Positions 27,546-36,271 of a DNA stretch of 64,000 nt are shown here, in pieces; within the stretch, counting starts at the first letter, position 1; every line of letters starts with the position of its first letter. The DNA comes from Octopus vulgaris. Lineage: Eukaryota. The notes under the pieces are model-generated. The model saw only the letters and a list, made by a program, of their open reading frames with translations. It was not told the DNA's origin and did not search any database. Location of the stretch: positions 174,716,001-174,780,000 of the forward strand of contig OX597815.1 of assembly GCA_951406725.2 (NCBI GenBank). The letters run 5' to 3'. The position numbers and the translations under genes are program-made.

Positions 27546-27984
27546 ATAAGAAGACTCATATTTACAAACAAGTAGATGATCTTTACCACAAATGTTCGAA
27601 AATTTCCACGAATTGGCTCTGTTTAATCCCGTATATATACGGAATCTTGATATTTTGAGAAAAAATTATGATGCATCTCAGTATGTATGTGTGTCTACCC
27701 ACCATTTTTTTTTCATACTAAATGGTGATCTAATCGTAATCTACACAATCTAAAAGGTGTTTGTAGAAAATTTCATTAAAAATACTGGTTTTTTAGAAAG
27801 ATACGAGCAAGCAAAATTGGCTGGTGTGAATTTTCCGACACTCCTCTTCCCATTCTCAGAAAACATTTTTACAACAAATTCGGATACTATTGGAATCTAC
27901 CCATTTTCCTGAAAGTTATGAGAAAACAAAGTCGGAGGGCGGGGAGCAAACTTCTGTAGGCCTGTCCCTGCTTTTACTAATATA

Positions 27985-28209
27985 TATTTCTTTATTGCCC
28001 ACAAGGGGCTAAACATAGAGGGGACAAACAAGGGGATTAAGTCGATTACATCGACCCCCCCCAGTGCGAAACTGGTACTTTATTTATCGACCCCGAAAGG
28101 ATGAAAGGTAAAGTCGACCTCGACGGAATTTGAACTCAGAACGTAACGACAGACGAAATACCGCTAAGCATTTCGCCCGGCGCGCTAACGAGTCTGCCAG
28201 CACGCCGCC
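27985..28209 (-). mobile_element. SINE (third family) with ~13-bp TSD
   Basis: Head ggcggcgtgctggcaga...gagttcaaattcc; ttttactaatata on both sides (27972-27984, 28210-28222); CpGs retained, so relatively young. Confidence 0.85.
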
Positions 28210-28458
28210 TTTTACTAATATACATAACGCTTCATAATTGTTATTGTTACAGTGTCAAGTTTTATGCTCAAGAGGATTATCACATGTATTATCTTTTTAC
28301 CATATTTGTAATACTACTTCAAAAGTGTATCATTTTTGCGCAATCGGGATATCCGATGTTCAAAACATTGAAATTCCAAAACCGTTTCGGAAAAAAAAAA
28401 GTTTCACTAGATACAAAAGTCGTAAATCCTAAAGCTTTTGCATATTCAAGAAAGTTAA

Positions 28459-28692
28459 GTCAAGGTCACCTCACCCGGGAACAAAAAAAAAATTAACCAG
28501 CCTCCGGGGTGTTAACAAGTGTGTGGAAAAACGAATATGAAAAATCGGATCTTGTGAATTTTCCGAAAGTCCCCTCCAACCAAGTTCGTCAGCGCGCATT
28601 TTTTTTTCATATTCGTTTTCCACACACTTGTTAACACTCTTACCAAGCTGTTTAATTTTTATTTCTTCCCGGGTGAAGGTCTTTATATTGAC
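28459..28692. repeat. Nested inverted repeat (fold-back element)
   Basis: gtgttaacaagtgtgtggaaaa(a)cgaatatgaaaaa (28509-28544) is inverted at 28603-28637; outer arms tcacccgggaa / ttcccgggtga. Confidence 0.85.
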
Positions 28693-29020
28693 CAAATTTT
28701 TTATCATCTCCCATTCTTGCTGTCTGCTATTCCCAGTTTTATTTATGCTTTTTTTTTTAATAAATTCTTCTGGTTCATCTTAGCAACAAAAAAAAAGATA
28801 AAGTATTATTTCAAATGGAACTAAAAAAAAAGTGTTATTATATTTGGGGATGGTCATAATGTTCGCCAATTAACCAAACGCATCACACACTTAATCTCCC
28901 CTTCAGCTTTATTATTTCTAAAAATTTATTAAATACAATTCGCAAAATTGTCAATTGCAGTTATCTTTTCTTGTTTCAGAATATGGTCGCGAGATGTCAG
29001 CAATGACAAAAAAAATTCAC

Positions 29021-29080
29021 CAGCGCCCTCTAGCTTATCTATAAATAAGAGTCGTTTGCTTCCATTCTTCCTTTCTGCGC
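29021..29080 (+). promoter_or_regulatory. Core promoter of the snoRNA host gene: CTCF-like site, TATA box and TCT/5'-TOP start
   Basis: cagcgccctctagc (29021-29034), tataaata (29040-29047) and pyrimidine tract cttcctttct (29067-29076) about 30 nt after the TATA; first donor cg|gtatgt at 29132/29133. Confidence 0.7.
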
Positions 29081-29338
29081 AGCTCCTCCTTTCAGCTAGT
29101 TACTCGTTATGGTCCGTTTCCTTGTTTCATCGGTATGTGAAATATTTTGTTACGTGTAGAATATTTTGAACGGTAGCATTTTTAGTTTTTCGTCCTGTAT
29201 TTATTAGAAATATTTTGTTCAGGTTATTTCTACAGATTCTGTGCTACATAGTTTCCTATCGGGTGATTATTAGATAGTCTTTGGTTTGATGCATATCTCG
29301 TATCGCTTATCACGTGGTAGATGTAATATGAAAATCAT

Positions 29339-29405
29339 GCGAGTGATGATCGCTATAAAGTTGGGAATCTCTCTGAATTATTTTGAAGAACTTTACATCT
29401 GACGC
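29339..29405 (+). ncRNA. SNORD79: Box C/D snoRNA, SNORD79-like (28S Am, human 3809/3830 equivalent)
   Basis: Terminal gcg/cgc; C gtgatga 29343; guide tgggaatctc complementary to conserved 28S GAGAUUCCCA; D' ctga 29373; C' tgaaga; D ctga 29399; the +5 rule lands on the A. Confidence 0.85.
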
Positions 29406-29604
29406 TGGTTTTGATAGAGAGTGCTTTTTAAGTAGCGTAGAGTTAAAATTTAAACCCTTGTATTCGAACCACTCTATATTATTAGGTTTATTAGATTTCC
29501 TTTTGTTGATAGTGCCACACAAAAGCCACTGTCTAATGGCAAAATGTTCATGAGGCTTTCGCGTGTGTACATTTTAGGTTAAAACCAACTTCATCAGCTA
29601 CTGG

Positions 29605-29675
29605 TTGCATGATGATAGTTTGTTAGATAGGGACAATTGATGTCTTAAGTGATATAATCTTCTAACTCTGACTTC
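29605..29675 (+). ncRNA. SNORD74: Box C/D snoRNA, SNORD74-like (28S Cm, human 3820/3841 equivalent)
   Basis: C atgatga 29609; 12-nt guide tagatagggaca complementary to 28S UGUCCCUAUCUA; D' ttga 29637; D ctga 29668; flanking ctgg/ccag. Confidence 0.85.
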
Positions 29676-30065
29676 CAGTGCTGACGAGTTGGTCGTTTCA
29701 AATTTTGCTGAGTTATTACGGAAGGACTTGTTGCTTTATTGTATTCTATGATCCGTCGTAACGTTTCTATTTAGATTATAATTTTGGACATTTTTTCGAT
29801 ATAGCTCGACAACATCGACACTTCACGTGGTTTGTGGGGTATAGATATAACGAAATTATGCCAGCAGTCTCTCGTTTTAAAGTTGAAGAAAAAAAAACCT
29901 TGGATATTTGTTCTTAACTGTTTCATATGTATATGTAAAATCTGCAAATTTTCAAGCAGAAAACAATCGAACTGTCGTTTGCTTCCACGGAAATGAAGTT
30001 TGATTTTGTCGAGTTACATCGAAAGAATGCCATAATTTGGATTTTTCTGTTAACTTACACCGTTG

Positions 30066-30129
30066 ATCTATGATGAATTATTCTCAGTCTACTGATTTTT
30101 AGTGATTACCTAGTCACCAAATCTGAGAA
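30066..30129 (+). ncRNA. Box C/D snoRNA, target unassigned
   Basis: All four boxes present: C atgatga 30070, D' ctga 30092, C' gtgatta 30102, D ctga 30123; lies in series with the identified snoRNAs. Confidence 0.75.
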
Positions 30130-30333
30130 AAACGGTGGGTTCCCTTTTCAATGTCTGAATTTTTGGAGGTTTTTCAGTTGTGTCGCTTATTCAGTTTTCG
30201 GTCCTCCCTAGAGTTTTATTGTAATTAGGGTTTTTACATTTTATTTCCTTCAGAGAGAACCTCATGGATGTCTTTGCTACGTGTGTTTTTGGCGCTAAGA
30301 AAGTTCAGTGACTTCAAATTCACTTTGTATGGC

Positions 30334-30404
30334 CTTCTCATGATGAATTCGGAATTACCGTTTGATCGTAATGAAACCATCACTCTGGCTGCTATTTCTG
30401 AAGT
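30334..30404 (+). ncRNA. SNORD65: Box C/D snoRNA, SNORD65/snR77-like (18S Um627 equivalent)
   Basis: C atgatga 30340; guide ggaattaccg complementary to universal 18S CGGUAAUUCC; D' ttga 30362; D ctga 30398; cttc/gaag flanks. Confidence 0.82.
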
Positions 30405-30867
30405 TGGCTATTCTCTTTGATTAGTGCTCACCTCAATTTTTACGCTTTCATCGGCTAAGTTTTTACGGTAATTTGTAAAACTGAACATAAATTGTTTCTG
30501 GACTTAGAATTTTTCTAGTTTTGTGAAATTAATTTCCAAATTAGCTTTTAGTTGCATTATTAAACGTTGGAAACAAAATTAGATGGTATATTTTTCAATT
30601 TTTTCCATCCTCTTATATCAAGTTTTATCTCGCTACAGACATATTACATTTCTTTTTCGAAAAGTTGTATCACTTTGGTTACGTCATTTTTGACGATATC
30701 CTTTGCAGTAGTAGACGATGAACTCGTGATTGGAAGAGGGGGTGAGTGGCTTCTTAGAAGATTGATTTTTGTAAATAGGGATATGAACTTGCTTTAGAAC
30801 AGGAAGTGTGTTAAAAAAGTGATTTAACTTTACGTCCTTTGAATATAGTGAACTGGTACGTTAATGG

Positions 30868-30930
30868 TTGTGTGATGACAGTTTTGAACTCTCTCACTGA
30901 TCTTATTGAGGATAGCATGAGAGCTGACAA
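30868..30930 (+). ncRNA. SNORD81: Box C/D snoRNA, SNORD81-like (28S Am391/400 equivalent)
   Basis: C gtgatga 30872; ttgaactctctc-a-ctga (guide complementary to 28S GAGAGAGUUCAA plus D'); C' tgagga 30907; D ctga 30924; ttg/caa stem. Confidence 0.87.
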
Positions 30931-31254
30931 TTTGAAACTACCAGAATGTTGCTAAAATTAGTTCGAAATGTTTGATTTTCCCCAAGTATTAGTAGCCTTT
31001 CGCGGTTTCATTGCCCTTCGCCCTATAGGCTTATTCGCTGCTAGCATGCACATCTTTAAGAGAAATGTGTTGATATTTTAGGCGCATTTTTATTGCACTG
31101 CATCTTTAAGGGTAAAATGAACTTTAAATTCAAAATTGGATGTTTCATTCTCAAGATTAGATATATTCATCAATTTGTATACATTTTTAGCGGTTGGATC
31201 CATTGAAACTTATATTTGTCTCATTTAAAATATGGTTTAATCGTTTTTGTTAAT

Positions 31255-31326
31255 GCCCTGTGATGTAATGTATATTTGCTACTCTTGATGCAAATCTGAT
31301 GACAATTACACCAATTGACTGAGGGC
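31255..31326 (+). ncRNA. SNORD76: Box C/D snoRNA, SNORD76-like (28S Am2350/2363 equivalent)
   Basis: Terminal gccc/gggc; C gtgatgt 31260; guide atatttgctact complementary to 28S AGUAGCAAAUAU; D' ttga 31285; C' tgatga 31297; D ctga 31319. Confidence 0.87.
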
Positions 31327-31444
31327 TTTTGCTACAGTGGTTTCACTGAATGTTTTTCTTTGAGTTAGGTTGAACTGGATGCTGCGTAAAGGTCTACCAT
31401 AAATTTGAAGATATCAACTACTAAGACTTATTGTAATGTCAGAA

Positions 31445-31566
31445 ACAGCTCCAGCTCCATCTAGTGTTCTTGCTATGGTGGCGTTTAATGCTGTGATATT
31501 AATTTTCAGTTGAAATTGTTCTGCCTTGTCTATAATAGGGTGGCTTTTTTACAACTGTTGACAATT
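31445..31566 (+). ncRNA. Box H/ACA snoRNA, SNORA10-like (28S pseudouridine in GAACG-U-GAGCUGG)
   Basis: Hairpin 1 acagc/gctgt, H box atatta 31496, hairpin 2 cagttg/caactg, ACA 31561 plus 3 nt; pocket strands ccagct and cgttt bracket UG in 28S GGGAACGUGAGCUGG, 14 nt from the H box. Confidence 0.8.
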
Positions 31567-32856
31567 GTTTTTTTTAACATGAAGTTCTAATAAATTTACA
31601 TTGTCGCATGGTGTTGCTTATTTATCTCATTCAGGTATATTGGGTATGTATCCATTATTTACGATTGTCACTTGAATTCAGGTAAAACCGCGGCAGTGGG
31701 AGAACACGGATAGTTTTCTATTTTTAAAAAAAATTTATTCTTTAGCAACGTCCCAGATGCCTGTAATAGAATGAATCGCCTCTCCTTAACTGGGAAAGTC
31801 CAGTATTCTGTTTTAAGCAAAATATAATCCCCTCGTTTTTGTTTTTTGGGGAAAACTCGTGAATTGGCTTTACACACGTGATGCCATACGATAATACAAA
31901 AGCTCCCAAATAGTTTGGTGTGTGATTTAAGGCTATTTACCTGCTATTTTTAGTACCTCTCTCAACCACACCTAGTTTGGCGTGCTGATTTTTCAATATC
32001 TTTCTCCCCATAAACTCATTGCTGGGATTATGCCTAAGATTCGAAGTCTGTATTTTAAAATGTTTAAAAGGCGAACTTGAAAACATTTTTTCTCCCCAGT
32101 CATGTGAATTGCAGTACTAGAGTACAAATACGCAGAGTATTTTCTGCAATTTTAAAAAAGCAAAGGGGGCTAATGCAGTTTCGCTGCATTCGTTTGGAAA
32201 AGTTTTCGGGTTCCTGTGTTTTAGATGACGGACATTACTAGTATGCAAAAAAATGAAAATTGTTTAAATTCCCGCTCCTATTTAAAATTTTGAATTTAAA
32301 AGTTTTTGGGTGGCTAATGCAGTTTTGCACTACTCTTTGAAGATGTCGGAGATTATGAAACCACATTTTCAAAATTTTAAATTCAATAAGCATATAGATA
32401 TGTGTATAAAAAGATGGATATGAATGTCTTTCTGGGGCTAAAAATACTTCTATAGGACCGCCACATAGTTGACAAATATGAATAAACGGACAATATTAAA
32501 TTCATGGATGACAAAAAGTTGAAAATTGGGGGTGAAATTCGCGCCCCTTATTAAATATTGCTTCTCATGAAATGGTGTGCATTTAATTTCTATTTACAAT
32601 TATTTGAGGCAAATAGATAAAACGCTATGTTTTTGTATGTATATAATTTCAATTTGTATATGTTCTCTTTAGAACAAACAAAAGCAATTAAGTGGGGGAG
32701 GGTTAAATTAAATTTTATATTCGTAATCTCCATGTAAAAAAAAAAGATGCATTTTTCAAGATGTGCGTAACTGCATCAGTCAAATTAAGAATGGTTATAT
32801 TTAGTAAGCTTAAAGCAGTATTCCACCCAAGGGTCTTCGAAAACGAAATGCTTTTC

Positions 32857-32987
32857 ACAGCTTTTGACTAAAATTCATTCTTAGTTTTCATAACTAAATA
32901 TGGTTATCATAGCTGTAATATAAAACGTCAGTCGGAATCTTGTCTTACCTTATATAGGCTTGGCAACCATTAAAGCTGACAACAGTA
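32857..32987 (+). ncRNA. Candidate box H/ACA snoRNA
   Basis: Hairpin 1 acagct/agctgt, H box atataa 32918, hairpin 2 gtcag/ctgac with upper stem ttgtc/ggcaa, ACA at 32982, 15 nt from the pocket. Confidence 0.6.
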
Positions 32988-34352
32988 TATGCGGTCTAGA
33001 GACCTGGAAAATGTTTCTTTCGATCAGAAGTTCCCTAAGTGGGCGTTGCAAGGGTCCAGGCGAGCGCTGGTGTATTTGGGGCCGATGGAGAGATAAAAGG
33101 AGGGAATCGGTGTCAAGATTTTATAATATTGTATATAAATTGTATAGTAAATATCAAATGATACATAGTATATATGAATTGGTAAAATATTTATACCTAA
33201 AATTAGGTGTGGACCGCTGTGGGTATTGTTTCCATGAGGAGAGCGATGGCTCCAAAAGAGAACCTGCTTTAAATCGAATATAAATTATCTGAAAGAAAGA
33301 ATTTAATTGTTACTTCTTGATGGGCGCAGCTGATAGTCGGACAAACCCCATTTGGGGTGACCAACTACGACTGACGAAGCGAAAGAAGCAAAGTGGATCG
33401 TTGTGATAACGATCGATTCTCAAGACAGCGTTGAGGATGTTTTATTTAACTGACAGGACGCAAAAGTATTGTTTACAAAGCAGTTAGCATTGGTGTGTTG
33501 ATGTGGTAAGCTCTTGTTAGGACTTTTTCTGGTGGTGGGGTTGATAGCATTTACCCTAGTACAGGATGTGCTTGGTTGAACTCTGAAAGACATGCATACA
33601 AGTGCACTTTGTAGCGTGTTTAGGATGTTCAGACTAAGGTAATTACGAACTTAGGTTCTTTTGGCTCACCTTTCAATTTTCTAACATTTAATTTCAGACA
33701 GTGTATGCTAATTATGAAAGTGAAATTCATTTTCCCATGAATTGATGAATAAACAGTTAATGGCGTTGCAATTTTGGTTAATTTTGGCTAATCGAAAGCT
33801 ATGCAGTAGGTTTTCAAGAGAGTATGTCGCGTAACTTGACAGGTTCATCTGTATGTGGTATCGTGTCAGTTGATTTTTCCAGGAAAATCGAGTTGTGGAG
33901 GATCCATTCCTGAAATTAATGGTTATAAATTTTGGCATAGGACAACCACGGCGTTGAGTTTATTAACTCGAAGGTTGGTGCCCGAGTGCAACAAGTAGAA
34001 AGCATATGGACCTTTGTAAAACTAAGTAATAAATGACGCTAACACCGTTTTGTGGTTAATGATTGGTACGAGTCAGCATGTAACACAGAAAATACGAAAA
34101 TTGTAGCTTGAGAAACTTCTAGGGTACATCGGAAAATATCGTTTTTGAATTTTTGCTATAAAATATAGTGTACATGAACTGATCGACAGGGTTTTCTGTA
34201 ATTTAGCTTTCAGTGAGACGTATTAATTGCGACAAAACAGGTATAAAACGTATACGGCATTCTTTAGTTTTGAATATAACGTGTACTAGCAAAGTAGTGA
34301 GTCAAATTTCAGGATTGCACCAGGCAGTCCTTCATTAAAGCCTAACAGCGAG

Positions 34353-34523
34353 AACCATTCTTCCGAGTCAAAGGTTACATTCACTTCAAACTCTTTTCTT
34401 TGAAATACCGTAGTTCTCTCCCCTTGATTGCTAGTTAGTGCATAAAAACCATTCTTCCGTGTCAAAGGTTACATTCACTTCAAACTCTTTTCTTTGAAAT
34501 ACCGTAGTTCTCTCCCCTTGATT
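34353..34523. repeat. 77-bp direct duplication (period 94)
   Basis: 34353-34429 and 34447-34523 differ at about one position. Confidence 0.92.
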
Positions 34524-36230
34524 ATTTGGTGCTTAAGATTTGTGTATGCTCAATAATTTAAAATTTATTTAGATTTAGTGCTGTAGTAATATCTATACAT
34601 ATCACAACCTCATATGTAGGTATTGAATAGAGTGCTGCATATTTTATACGATACATTTTGTGAATTTAGGTTCGTTGTAGATATATAATAGGCAAATCAT
34701 TGGTTCAAGCATCGTTTAGTTGTAACCTGAAAATTCCCAGACGAAAGCAGTAAATAATGTTAGTTTGAGAATCGTTAACAAACTGGCTTTACTTAAATAC
34801 ATATTCCAATATGATAGAATCACATGTTCTATATGAATTTCAATAGATCAACGTCTAGTTAGTAAATACAAACTATTTTGATCCATGCCAAATAGGCCGT
34901 GCTTGGAGATTTTTTTCGAGTTTCTCATGTAAAACCAAGTAAATGGGAAGACTGATACGACAATTCTTTTTGACTTTGAAAAGTAGTTCTTCACACAGAC
35001 GAAGATAAGAATTTCACGCGGTTTCCAGCATATTTTGCCCTCGAGTATTCTCTTGCATGTGTTCATGGATCCTTCGCAATCCTCACTTTAACGTCCATTG
35101 CTGTGACTCATTTCTTATGCCCTCTGAAGAGTAAATATCCTACAATGAAATACATCATATCAGCCGAGAGTCTCTTGCAGCGGTAAAACCTACCTTGTCC
35201 GCTGTTTAAAAGCTTGGTTGCATCATCAAATCTGGCTTTTTATTCATTTAAAAAAATTTTATTTCAGAAAAAGTGTCAGTGTTTTGTAAAAGCACCCTGT
35301 ACAGCATAAAGTGGTTGGCATTAGGAAGGACGTCCAGCCATAGAAACCATATCAAAACAGACATGGAACCTGAACTGCCATCATGGAGAACGAACGTTAA
35401 ATGATAACGATCAAATGCCAAGCTAAATAAACTATGGAAACTCATTTATTTACTCTCAAAATCAGAGCACAATGGCACAGCAGACACCTTGGTGCTAGGC
35501 AGCTTCACATGTAGGGAGTACTCTTAGGAATTTGTGAATTTATCAAGAATTTATGATACAGTAAATGTAACTTCTGTAGGTTCTCTGAAAGTTTGGTTGC
35601 CTAACTGAATTTAATCTATACCAGTTCTACCTGGATGATGATCCAAGTTATGGGAGGATTGAAATCTGAGCCCTTCAGTGTACGAACAAGGATATGGGCT
35701 GGTTCAGGGAAGAAGGACAAGTTACTACAAATTTCATCTTCACAGAGACCCTTTTGTAAGCTCAGACCTGAACATTAATGTAGTTTCTTGATTCTGCTTC
35801 AGTAACTCATGCTAGTAAGTCATCATGACTTCCTAATATAGTCTGAACAAACTAGCTCTCAGGACTCTGAATGGCATACCTTTTGAAAAATTACCATTAA
35901 TTTCTTTGGTGGTGCGGCTTATGGACCGTGTGATGCGTCATGTTTCTTGCAGCCCACTTCTTGATAAAGGTTGCCCGTTCCTGTTTTACTATCCTGTTCA
36001 TTTTAACCTTGCACTACACAATTATCAAACAAAATATCTAAAAAAGAATGAAAGAAATGACAATTGTATACAAAGGGGTGAATTGGGATAAAATATTCAT
36101 GATATTGAGAAAATGCCATAATTTCATAATTATGCATAATGCCTTCTACAAGACAAAGAAAAGTAATAATATGTATTCAAATATACTAACTTTAATCCCA
36201 GAAATCTCAGGTCAACCATTCATATTTCAG

Positions 36231-36271
36231 ATCTATTCAGTTTCATTCAGATATTTTGAAACTGAATAGAT
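36231..36271. repeat. Perfect 15-bp inverted repeat with 11-nt loop
   Basis: atctattcagtttca / tgaaactgaatagat. Confidence 0.9.

Larger units (their letters stand above)
29070..34090 (+). ncRNA. Multi-snoRNA non-coding host gene (GAS5-like); 3' end not determined
   Basis: TOP start, short candidate exons (e.g. 29070-29132, 29236-29262), no credible ORF, and eight co-oriented snoRNA candidates spaced about 0.2-1.3 kb apart. Confidence 0.72.

Noticed and set aside
28561-28575. gaaagtcccc resembling RNase MRP CR-I
   Set aside because: Its context gtgaattttccga recurs near 19280 and 27826 in a repeat family, and no matching CR-V lies downstream.
31751-31805. tcccag/ctggga stem followed by aagtccag, resembling RNase P/MRP P3 and CR-I
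   Set aside because: No convincing P4 partner or CR-V consensus within the expected distance.
31866-31972. Possible further H/ACA or C/D snoRNA
   Set aside because: No proper ANANNA box between the hairpins, only a weak C box, and no assignable target.
33001-33125. Scattered resemblance to U1 and U11 snRNA motifs
   Set aside because: Motifs are not colinear with a proper 5' end and there is no Sm site; consistent with chance.
32991-34088. Telomerase RNA (three-way junction plus H/ACA-like end)
   Set aside because: No template of about 1.5 TTAGGG repeats (only ccctaa or taccctag), and the small hairpin lacks the P6.1 loop consensus.
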